Translations under genes and position numbers: made by a program
Notes under the pieces: generated by a model
Told to the model about the DNA's origin: nothing
The model's database searches: none
What the model saw: the letters and a program-made list of their open reading frames with translations, nothing else
In this document: positions 25,967 to 35,155 of the stretch, one piece after another
Layout of the letters: the number at the start of each line of letters is the position of its first letter
Numbering within the stretch: position 1 is the stretch's first letter
DNA from: Rhodothermales bacterium
GTDB lineage: Bacteria; Bacteroidota; Rhodothermia; Rhodothermales; Bin80
DNA: 62,581 nucleotides
Assembly (NCBI GenBank): GCA_022820435.1
Contig: JAJEFL010000009.1
Location: 1-62,581 of the forward strand
Direction of reading: 5' to 3'

Positions 25967-28279
25967 GTGAGTGGAACGGTCTTGATCAACATTGTTGTGG
26001 TCATTGCGCTGGCAATCGGCTCACAGTGGCTGGGATGGAGGATTCGCGTACCATCAATCCTTCTTCTGCTGGTTGTAGGGTTTTTAGCAGGCCCGGTGAT
26101 GCAGATTCTGCCTCCTGAGCAGTTACAGGGGGAGTGGATCTTTGCCTTCGTGTCTCTGGCCATTGGGATTATCCTGTTTGAGGGGGGACTGAATCTGCGG
26201 TTATCTGAGCTCAGGGGAGTTGGACAGGCAGTATTCAATCTGGTGACCATCGGGGTTGCGGTTACGGGGATTCTAGCTGCCATAGCTGCACGCTATGTAC
26301 TGGAGATCCCATGGGAAATTGCAGTCGTACTGGGGGCGATCCTTACGGTTACCGGCCCGACCGTCGTCTTGCCGCTTATCCGGCATGTACGCCCTAGCGG
26401 CCGGGTCAATGCCATCGCAAAATGGGAAGGAATCACGATTGATCCCGTGGGGGCAATTGTGGCCGTTCTGGTACTTGAGGCAGTGATCGTAATGCATGAG
26501 CACGGTGCAGATGGCGGCACCGAAGGAATGTTAGCCCCAGTCCTCCCTTCGCTGGAAGCACTTATGACCATCGCAGCGGTGAGTATTGGAGTGAGTCTGC
26601 TGGGGGGCGCACTGATGCTCTTTCTGCTTCGCCGGCATCTGGTCCCCGATTATCTGCAAAGTTCGTTTGCACTGACTGTCGTCATCGTTGTGTTTGCCCT
26701 CTCGAACAGCCTACATGAAGAATCCGGGTTGTTTTCAGTGACCATCATGGGGGTATTTCTTGCAAATCAGCCGTACGTAAATGTCCGCAGTATCACCAAA
26801 TTCAAAGAAGATCTGCAATCGCTTCTGATTGGCTGCCTGTTCATCTTGTTAAGTGCCAGGCTTGATTTTGATGCACTAGCCTATTTTGATGCGCGTGCGT
26901 TCATTTTTCTGGGAATTTTGATTGTTCTGGTGCGTCCGGTTGCCGTGGCACTTTCAAGTCTTCGAACTGGACTCAACTGGAAGGAGCAGGGATTTATTGC
27001 CTGGCTTGCACCGCGTGGAATTGTGGCGGCGGCGGTGGCCTCTCTCTTCTCGGTTCGTGTTGAAGCTGTCTATGGTGCGGATGCTGCCGGGCCGCTGGTG
27101 CCGATTGTGTATATGGTGATTATCGGGACCGTAACCGTGTACGGGTTAACCCTGCAGCCGGTGGCCCGCCTGCTCGGAATGGCGGATGCCAATCCGCAGG
27201 GAATCCTGTTTTTAGGGGCCAAGACATGGGTACAGAGCATTGCGAAGGCAATTCAGGAACAGGGGATTTCTGTTCTTTTGATTGATGCCAATGAGCGGAA
27301 TATTGAACAGGCGCAGGATCAGGGATTGCCTGCGATTGTTGCGGATGCGCTGGAAGAGCAGGTGCTGGATGAACTGGATCTAAGCGGGATCCGGCGGTTC
27401 ATGGCGCTTACGGCCAACGATGACACCAATTCTCTGGCTGCTCTTCGCTTCAAAGAGGTCTTTGGCAGTGGAGATGTCTATCAGCCTGCGGGGCCTCCCT
27501 TGCGTCCGGAAGCCTCACTGGTCAGAGTGCCGACTCACATGCGTGGACGATCCCTGTTTGGCGGGGTCTATACCGCGTATGACCTGGAACACCGCTTTGA
27601 GGCCGGCGGCGAGATCCGAACGTTTGGGATCACCGAGACAGGATCCTACGAAGCACTGGAGGCCAAGTATGGACATGAGCTGATCCTCCTTTTCATTGTT
27701 CGAGGGTCAAATCTTCTGATTCATGCCGAAGAAAAGAGCCTAGTCCCCCAAATGGGAGACACGGTCGTCATGATGCTTCCTCCCTTTCAAATTGATGAGG
27801 ATATGAAAGATACGACGATCTTTCATGACCTGTTGGATCATGCGTTTATTATCGACTATGTGATTGAGGTCACCCCGGAGCACATGATCTCAAGTGTGGC
27901 CAGATTATTGAGTCAGCGGGTGCCTGAATCTGCGGATCATCTGGCGAAGGGGTTGGCGGAGGGTTTGGATGAGGAAGCCTCTATTTTGGCACCGGGTGTT
28001 GCGCTTCTACATATGCGGGTCAATAAGATTTCGCGCAGTGAACTGGTCATTGTGCGCTGCCAGATGCCGATTGAATTGCCCCATGTGAGCGATCCCATTG
28101 AGGCCCTTGCATTTTTTGTGAGCCCGGAAGATGATCCGGCGCAGCACCTTCGTGTGCAGGCACATCTGGCAGGACGCCTTGGCCGCCGTTCCCTCTTGCC
28201 TGCGTGGCGTGAAGCTGCAGATGAGGAAGAGTTACGGGCAATGCTGCGTGCGACCAAATTTGAGCCTGTATTCGGCTAG
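25967..28279 (+). CDS. Cation:proton antiporter (CPA1-type) fused to an RCK/TrkA-N-like domain and a PTS EIIA-2-like domain
   Basis: A 770-aa ORF with a GTG start. The N-terminal ~400 aa are polytopic membrane segments. The middle part reads ILFLGAKTWVQSIAKAIQEQGISVLLIDAN. The C-terminal part, ILAPGVALLHMRV...ALAFFVSPEDD, resembles EIIA(Ntr). Confidence 0.8.
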   Translation: MSGTVLINIVVVIALAIGSQWLGWRIRVPSILLLLVVGFLAGPVMQILPPEQLQGEWIFAFVSLAIGIILFEGGLNLRLSELRGVGQAVFNLVTIGVAVTGILAAIAARYVLEIPWEIAVVLGAILTVTGPTVVLPLIRHVRPSGRVNAIAKWEGITIDPVGAIVAVLVLEAVIVMHEHGADGGTEGMLAPVLPSLEALMTIAAVSIGVSLLGGALMLFLLRRHLVPDYLQSSFALTVVIVVFALSNSLHEESGLFSVTIMGVFLANQPYVNVRSITKFKEDLQSLLIGCLFILLSARLDFDALAYFDARAFIFLGILIVLVRPVAVALSSLRTGLNWKEQGFIAWLAPRGIVAAAVASLFSVRVEAVYGADAAGPLVPIVYMVIIGTVTVYGLTLQPVARLLGMADANPQGILFLGAKTWVQSIAKAIQEQGISVLLIDANERNIEQAQDQGLPAIVADALEEQVLDELDLSGIRRFMALTANDDTNSLAALRFKEVFGSGDVYQPAGPPLRPEASLVRVPTHMRGRSLFGGVYTAYDLEHRFEAGGEIRTFGITETGSYEALEAKYGHELILLFIVRGSNLLIHAEEKSLVPQMGDTVVMMLPPFQIDEDMKDTTIFHDLLDHAFIIDYVIEVTPEHMISSVARLLSQRVPESADHLAKGLAEGLDEEASILAPGVALLHMRVNKISRSELVIVRCQMPIELPHVSDPIEALAFFVSPEDDPAQHLRVQAHLAGRLGRRSLLPAWREAADEEELRAMLRATKFEPVFG

Positions 28280-28329
28280 CAGAGTGGGAATATGACATTT
28301 GACAGGTCTTACGCACGGCGATTCTGAGC

Positions 28330-29181
28330 ATGGTTTTTCCTGATGCAAACACGGAAATGATCGCTATTTTAGGTCATCCGGTTGATCATTCGTTATCCCC
28401 GATCATTCACAATACGGCCCTGCAGCGACAGGGGTTGAATTATATCTATTTGGCGGTTGATCTTGTGCCGGAGCGGGTATCGGAGGCCATCCGCGGTTTA
28501 AGTGCTCTCGGCTTTGCCGGAGCAAATGTAACCATCCCGCACAAGCAGGCCGTTCTGTCTCACATGGATGATCTTTCTGATGCGGCCGGTGCCATTCGGG
28601 CTGTGAATACGATTGTCTGCAAAGAAGGACGGCTCTATGGCGACAATACAGATATTGAGGGGTTTTTGGCCCCTCTCAGAGACATGAAGTTGCATGGAGC
28701 CCCGATGACGCTTCTTGGTGCAGGCGGTGCAGCGCGGGCCGCCGCCTATGGTTTGCTGCGGGATTATTGCCCGAATCCATTAACACTGGTTGCCCGCAGA
28801 ACCAGCCAGGCAGAAATATTGGTCCGTGATTTTGCTAACTTTGGCGGATGTCTGGAAGTATGCGATTTTGATTCGGCATCGAAATTTATCCGGAACAGCC
28901 GTTTGATTGTAAACAGCACTCCGATAGGAATGTATCCAAACGTACAGGAAACTCCCTGGAAGCAGAAGGAAGATTTTACGCCGGAGCAAATTGTTTATGA
29001 TCTGGTCTACCGTCCGCATCGTACCCGGCTGCTGCAAGATGCCGCTGAGCGTGGTGCAATGACCATCGGTGGACTCACAATGTTGATCGAACAGGCTGCC
29101 GCTTCATACCGGCAGTGGACAAACCGGGAGATGCCGGTTGGAACTGTGCGTGATACACTGGCAAAATTATTTACCGATTGA
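28330..29181 (+). CDS. aroE: Shikimate dehydrogenase
   Basis: A 283-aa ORF with motifs ILGHPVDHSLSPIIHN, GANVTIPHK, NTIV, GDNTDIEGF and LLGAGGAARA. Confidence 0.9.
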   Translation: MVFPDANTEMIAILGHPVDHSLSPIIHNTALQRQGLNYIYLAVDLVPERVSEAIRGLSALGFAGANVTIPHKQAVLSHMDDLSDAAGAIRAVNTIVCKEGRLYGDNTDIEGFLAPLRDMKLHGAPMTLLGAGGAARAAAYGLLRDYCPNPLTLVARRTSQAEILVRDFANFGGCLEVCDFDSASKFIRNSRLIVNSTPIGMYPNVQETPWKQKEDFTPEQIVYDLVYRPHRTRLLQDAAERGAMTIGGLTMLIEQAAASYRQWTNREMPVGTVRDTLAKLFTD

Positions 29182-30741
29182 ACATGTATTTTCGTTATTC
29201 GATAACGCTATTTACATTCTTGTTTTTTGTTGCCTGCCCGGTGGCTCAGGTTACGGGGCTGGGAAGTACAATATTTGAAAATTCAGGCTCATTGCAGGCG
29301 CAGGAGCAGTTTTCGAGAGGCCTCCTTTTATTGCACAGTTTTGAGTATGTTGATGCCAGAGAGGCATTTGCGGAGGCTCGCCGGATTGATCCTGATTTTG
29401 CAATGGCGTACTGGGGGGAGGCCATGACGTATAATCACCCCATCTGGATGCAGCAGAATGCAGAGGATGGTCGTGGAGTGCTTCTTGCACTCGCCCCGGA
29501 TCTGGAGGGTCGTCTGCAAAAAGCCCCCACCGGACGTGAGAAAGGCTACCTCCTTGCAATAGAGGCACTTTACTTCGGCAAAGGAGATAAGAAGGTGCGG
29601 GATTTTGCGTATGAGAGGAAGATGGGAGAACTGGCGGCCAGATACCCGGAAGATCTGGATGCGGCGGCGCTGCATGCATTGTCCATTCTGGGATTGGGGC
29701 ATGATGGACGGGATTTCAGGTTGTATATGCGTGCTGCGGCGATTGCAGAGGAGGTGTTTGCCCGGAATCCGCAGCATCCAGGCGCAGCACACTATCTGAT
29801 TCATGCCTATGATGATGCAATTCATGCACCGCTTGGACTGCGTGCGGCCCGTGTGTATGCCGACATTGCGCCGGAAGCGACGCATGCCCTGCATATGCCG
29901 TCACACATTTTTACGGCAATGGGGATGTGGCCCGAGGTGGCATCGGCGAACGAAGCTTCCTACGCCGCAAGTGATGCGCGTGTACAGGAAAGGGGACTGA
30001 GTGTAAATGAGCGGTCGTTCCACGCCAGGAACTGGCTCGCCTATGCGTACCTGCAGCAGGGCCGTTATACGGAGGCGGAATCTTTGATGCAGGACATGAT
30101 CAGCGATCTGAAAGAGGGCGGGAAGATCAGGTCGGCGAGAGGGTACACGGTGATGATGACCGCGACCTATCTTGCAGAGACCAGGCAGTGGAATTCAGAG
30201 TTTGCACATAGAGATTTTGATCTTGAAGGGATGTCATCGATCAGCAGGGCCAACATTCATTTTATCCGAGGCAAACGGGCACTGTCTGACGGGGATGAAG
30301 AAAGCGCCCGGCAGTCACTGATGGCGCTCATGGAACTGGAGGATAACGAGCAGTTGAGTGCGTTATTGCAGCATCAGCTCAAGGCCGATTTACTGGTGCT
30401 GGAGGGAGATCTGGATGCGGCCATTCATCTGCTCAGAACTGCGGCAGAGATTGAGGAAAACAGGCCGTTGGATTATGGCCCCCCCGATGCCCGCCAAGCC
30501 GACGTATGAACTTCTGGGCGAATACTGTCTTAAGGCAAAGAATGGCGTGGATGCGGCAAAGGCATTTCAGGCATCTTTAGGCAGGGCACCTGGACGGTCA
30601 TCATCTCTGGTTGGATTGATCCATGCCGCGAAAATGATGAAAGATGAGAATTTGTATGCGGAGGTGATCACGAAATTAAAGAAGAACTGGAAACATGCGG
30701 ACTCCGGTGTTTTGGAGGCGCTGTTGGTTTCGGATCGTTGA
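29178..30741 (+). pseudogene. TPR-like secreted protein, split by a frameshift in a C7 homopolymer
   Basis: Track ORFs 29178..30509 (443 aa) and 30358..30741 (127 aa) are contiguous parts of one protein in frames offset by 1 nt. The first frame ends ...ENRPLDYGPPDARQADV-stop. The second reads APPMPAKPTYELLGEYCLKAKNG... across the same bases. The switch point is the run of 7 C at 30479..30485. Removing one C gives ...LDYGPPMPAKPTYELLGEY... The likely ATG is at 29184. Confidence 0.6.
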
Positions 30742-33258
30742 GTGATGGTCTCTATCAGCACAGGATGTACATTGCCCACCTTTGTCATTTTATCTGATGA
30801 TTTGCGGACAGTCAGGAAATTTCCCCCTGCTGATCCCCTCAGGAGATGTGTGCCAGTAAATTTTTGCACAAAACTCCATGGACTGCCATAAGTATTGATC
30901 CATGTTGATCGCCCCGCGTATCCTCCCCCATTTGATAAACTTCTGTGCTCTCCCATGTTCATTCGTGCACGCCCCTATAGCACTGTGGATGGCAGAAAAG
31001 GACAAAGCTTTTCGCTCATCCAGTCCCATCGTGTCGACGGTACGCCCCGACACTCCACCCTGCTAAATCTCGGACAGGATTTCTCCATTCCCAAAGAGGA
31101 CTGGAGCGAACTCACCCAATGCGTCGTTTCCCGCCTAAAAGGGCAGGATGTTCCCTCCTGCAAAGAGGACGATGAAGTTTTCCAGAAAGCGTTGGATCAC
31201 ATCGTTCAACAACTTAAGGATAAGGACTATGATGTTTATGCGAAGCCGCCCGATTCCCGGGATAAGATCCTCACCGACGAGGTCCGCCATACGGAGTCCC
31301 GCACCGTTGCGGGGGAGCGGATGGCATTGGAAGCCATGGAGCATGTCGAGCTCCCGCAGATTCTTCGGGATCTGAATCTCTCGGAAACTCATATTAAACT
31401 GATCTGTGCACTGATTGCCGGGCGATTAATCCATCCTGGAAGTAACCAGTCCACGCGTTACTGGATGATCGAAATATCCAGTATTCTGGACTTGCTTGGA
31501 ATGAATGCATACCATCTGAGTACGGTGTACTGTGTTCTGGACAAGTTATCGAAGCATCGGCAGGAGATCATAGATCGCATCTTTACATCCACGCAGGATC
31601 TGTTGAACTTTGGCAAAACGATCATTTTTTATGAATTGACCAATACGTTTTATGATGGAGAGGAAGATAGGGAACTCTTGCACTGGAGGCCCAGGAAGGA
31701 GCGGCGCCATGATTGTCCGCTGGTTACCTTAGCACTGGTCTTGAATGCCTCGGGGGTCCCGTGTTGGATGAAGGTTCTGCCGGGCAATGCCAGTGTGCCA
31801 GCCGCATTGAAACCCGCCATGGAGGAGTTGAAAGGCGAAGCGCCGACGGTGATCATGGATGCGGGGATTGCCACCGAGGAGAATCTGGCGTATCTGCGGG
31901 AGCGGGGGCTGGATTATGTCCGTGTGGAGCGGGTAAAAACGCCGCCGGTTCCCATCGGGGACCCCGATCACGAGTTCACCACGGCCGGGAAGAAGAAAAT
32001 CAAGGCTTGGCGGCTTCCAGATCAGCAAGAAGAGCAGGAAACTGGACCGGAACTGCAACTGGAGCAGCAGCAAGCCCCAAAGGAGCAGCGGATCTATGTT
32101 CATAGTGAAGCGAAGCAGTACACCGAAGAGCAGATTCAAGACACGAAATGTGCCAAATATGAAGCCGCACTGACGAATCTGCACGAAGACATCTCCATGT
32201 CTGGATGCCTGAAAGAGCTGGAGAAAATATACATCCAACTTGGGCGTTTACAGGAAGAGCATAAGAATGTATCTCACTTGTATGAGATTATGGTCACGGA
32301 CAAACCGGGTCCCCGAAAAGGACAGCGGTATGCCGAGAGTCTGACCTTTACCCGGAAAGTGGTGCACCAACTGAAATATTCGGTTTCCAGCATGTCTGGA
32401 TACAGTGGGTATGTAATCCGCACCGCTCATCTCGACTGGACGATGGAACAGGTGACACGAATGTACTGGCGGCTCACGGAGATTGAGCGTGTCTTCCGTG
32501 CCATGCAATCGGACCTCGGACTCCATCCTCTGTATCACCGCAAAAATGATCGGATTGAGTCGCACATGTTCCTCACCATTCTGGCGTATCCTATCTCCCA
32601 TTTGATCCGTTTCCAACTCAAACAGGCGGGGCATCATCACAGTTGGGACACAATTCGAACGGAACTGAACCAGATGCGGCGGATCACGACGCACCTGCCC
32701 AAAAGTAAACATCGCTGCATGGTCACCGAAATTGATCAGGATCTATCGCCGTTACTGGAGGAGATCTTTTACATTCTTGGATTCCGGTACGATCCTGATG
32801 AAACCCGAATCAAAACCGAATACACCGAGGAAAAGAAGCCCCCGAAAAAACACCGGATTCGTGAACCGGAAGCCGGCTCACAGGATGGGTAGCAAAGGCG
32901 ACTCCAAGCGGAGCGGCCTAGGCGGTGTCCAGTTGGGACGCACGGAGGGAAGGATATTTGGTCAGGGGAAACCACCAGACAGATGGAAACATCTGCTCAA
33001 ATCAGATTTTCATGATGGAGGAACTTGGGAAAGCCCGGATCTCATCAAAAAACAAAGACGGGACTGGAGAAACTGTGCGCTTCACAGCCCCGCAAATTGA
33101 CGATCCGGGTTGTGTGCTGTTTCCAGATGAATACGGCAGCAGAGAACCCCAGGATACCTGATTTGCCGGATCTATAAACACGCGCAGCCTCGCGGATTGT
33201 AGAAGCAGGGGCGGCACGTAAACGCAGAACTAGCTGTATTGATGAGTTCAAAAACGCA
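30742..33258. mobile_element. IS1634-family (IS4-like) insertion sequence; ends not resolved
   Basis: It contains the transposase gene below. It occupies the whole interval between the TPR-like gene and uxaC, including 366 bp of apparently non-coding DNA 3' of the transposase. I could not identify convincing terminal inverted repeats or target duplications by eye, so the coordinates are the maximal interval. Confidence 0.45.
30895..32892 (+). CDS. IS1634-family DDE transposase
   Basis: A 665-aa maximal ORF; the likely start is MFIRARPYSTVDGRKGQSFSLIQSHRVDGTPRHSTLLNLG at ~30955, an N-terminus typical of IS1634 transposases. The DDE-region motif is VIMDAGIATEENLAYL. The IS4-type Y-R-E-K region is MYWRLTEIERVFRAMQSDLGLHPLYHRKNDRIESHMF. 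Confidence 0.8.
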   Translation: MIHVDRPAYPPPFDKLLCSPMFIRARPYSTVDGRKGQSFSLIQSHRVDGTPRHSTLLNLGQDFSIPKEDWSELTQCVVSRLKGQDVPSCKEDDEVFQKALDHIVQQLKDKDYDVYAKPPDSRDKILTDEVRHTESRTVAGERMALEAMEHVELPQILRDLNLSETHIKLICALIAGRLIHPGSNQSTRYWMIEISSILDLLGMNAYHLSTVYCVLDKLSKHRQEIIDRIFTSTQDLLNFGKTIIFYELTNTFYDGEEDRELLHWRPRKERRHDCPLVTLALVLNASGVPCWMKVLPGNASVPAALKPAMEELKGEAPTVIMDAGIATEENLAYLRERGLDYVRVERVKTPPVPIGDPDHEFTTAGKKKIKAWRLPDQQEEQETGPELQLEQQQAPKEQRIYVHSEAKQYTEEQIQDTKCAKYEAALTNLHEDISMSGCLKELEKIYIQLGRLQEEHKNVSHLYEIMVTDKPGPRKGQRYAESLTFTRKVVHQLKYSVSSMSGYSGYVIRTAHLDWTMEQVTRMYWRLTEIERVFRAMQSDLGLHPLYHRKNDRIESHMFLTILAYPISHLIRFQLKQAGHHHSWDTIRTELNQMRRITTHLPKSKHRCMVTEIDQDLSPLLEEIFYILGFRYDPDETRIKTEYTEEKKPPKKHRIREPEAGSQDG

Positions 33259-34710
33259 TCAGGAATCGAAAACATCAGGAAGCAGCCGGGGGATCTTGGT
33301 ATTGCCTGATTCCGGGAGACGAAAACGGAAAAATTTTCGGGCGTTGTGATAGCAGATATCTTGCACGATTTGTCCGATCCAGGGTAAATCATACGGAAGC
33401 TCTCCATGGTGAATCTGGCCCCCAATCATGTTGCAGAGAATGCGGCGGAAGTATTCATGTCTTGGAAAGGACAGAAAACTTCGGGAGTCGGTAAGCATGC
33501 CCACAAAGTGACGTAAAAGCCCCATGTTTGCAAATGCCGTCAACTGGCGCTCCATCCCGTCAATCTGATCCATGAACCACCACGCAGTCCCAAATTGTAT
33601 TTTACCGGCGACAGGGTGCTCACAGAAATTGCCGCACATTGAGGCCATGACTTCGTTGTGGGTCGGGTTGACCGAATACAGGATGGTTCGGGGCAGTTGA
33701 TCCGTTGCATGAAGGCGATCCATAAAGCGGGAAACTCCCTCCGCAATTCTAAAATCTCCAATGGAATCGTAGCCACTGTCGGGCTTTGGAGCACGGGAAT
33801 TGTTATTGCGAAGGGCAGAAAGATGAAACTGCTGGGTCCAGCCAGACGCATGGTCCATTTTGGCCAACTCGTAGAGCAGCCAACTTTTGAATAGGGCGAT
33901 CTCTGAATCTGAAGGCTGAATTTGCTGTAATGTACGGTCAAAAATTCGCCGGATATCTGTCGGGGAATAGCTTTCTGCATGCAGTTGTTCCTCTCCATGA
34001 TCACTGACCATACATCCGTTTGCAGCAAAAAAATCGTGTCGCCGCTGGAGAGCTTCCAGTAGATCCTCTGGAGATGTGATCCTCAGGTTTGCTGCTTCCT
34101 CAAGCGAGCGGATATATGCACACCAAATTTCTGGACTCCCTATTTGAGAGGCCTTGTCCGCCCGGAATCCTGGCACAACGACCAAGTCCCGGTATTGCTG
34201 CTTGAGTGTCGTGTGTGCAGACAGATCTTCAACCGGATCGTTGGTCGTACACACCACATGTACGTTCATCTGGTTCAAGAGGGCACGACAACTGTATTCC
34301 GGGCTTTGCAGGTGTTCCGTACATCGGTCATAAATTTTTTGAGCAGACGAGGGGGTCAGCAGAGTTTCAATTCCAAAATATCGCCGCAATTCCAGATGCG
34401 TCCAATGGTACAGCGGATTCATGATGGTGGAAGGGACGGTGCGGGCCCAGGCATCAAATTTTTCCCGATCTGATGCAGAACCTGTACAGTAGTCCTCATG
34501 GATGCCATTCATGCGCATGGCGCGCCATTTATAGTGATCGCCTTCCAGCCATGCGTGTGTAAGGTTCCGGAACCTTCGATCTATTGCAATATCCTCTGCC
34601 GGCAGGTGGCAGTGATAATCAATGATCGGCATCTCGGCCGCATACTCGTGGTAGAGTATTTCAGCCGCGTTGTTGTGGAGCAAAAAATTCTCGTCAAGAA
34701 ATTCTCTCAT
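33259..34710 (-). CDS. uxaC: Glucuronate isomerase
   Basis: A 483-aa ORF. The N-terminus MREFLDENFLLHNNAAEILYHEYAAEMPIIDYHCHL and the rest of the sequence are characteristic of UxaC. Confidence 0.95.
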   Translation of the reverse strand: MREFLDENFLLHNNAAEILYHEYAAEMPIIDYHCHLPAEDIAIDRRFRNLTHAWLEGDHYKWRAMRMNGIHEDYCTGSASDREKFDAWARTVPSTIMNPLYHWTHLELRRYFGIETLLTPSSAQKIYDRCTEHLQSPEYSCRALLNQMNVHVVCTTNDPVEDLSAHTTLKQQYRDLVVVPGFRADKASQIGSPEIWCAYIRSLEEAANLRITSPEDLLEALQRRHDFFAANGCMVSDHGEEQLHAESYSPTDIRRIFDRTLQQIQPSDSEIALFKSWLLYELAKMDHASGWTQQFHLSALRNNNSRAPKPDSGYDSIGDFRIAEGVSRFMDRLHATDQLPRTILYSVNPTHNEVMASMCGNFCEHPVAGKIQFGTAWWFMDQIDGMERQLTAFANMGLLRHFVGMLTDSRSFLSFPRHEYFRRILCNMIGGQIHHGELPYDLPWIGQIVQDICYHNARKFFRFRLPESGNTKIPRLLPDVFDS

Positions 34711-35155
34711 GCAGGATCCGCTGACCGGCGATCTACAGTCCGGTTGATGTTAACGCATGTTCTACGGGCGCAAGACATGTCCACCAAGAGATCGGCTGCA
34801 AAGGCATTCAGGAAGACATATGTATCTGTGTTCATATCTGGGAGTATACCGAAAAATATTTTTTCACGCAATCAGGAACATCTTGCCTGACAGGCACTAT
34901 AACATGCCCCATCCGGTGGAAGTCAGTTAGATATATCCATATGGATCTGGGATACTCACTTCGTGGAAAATAGTTTTTCCCGATTAAAGGAAAGACATGA
35001 TCATTCCGGTCAAGGTGAGCGTTGAAGCGTTTTTTGCCCCGAAATCCGGGTTTATCTGCGGCTGCAGGGAATTTTATAGAGTCAGCATAACAGGTGACTG
35101 CCGGAAACGGGCATTTGTTGGAATTTTCATATATTTCGGGTAAGGCAAAGATGGA

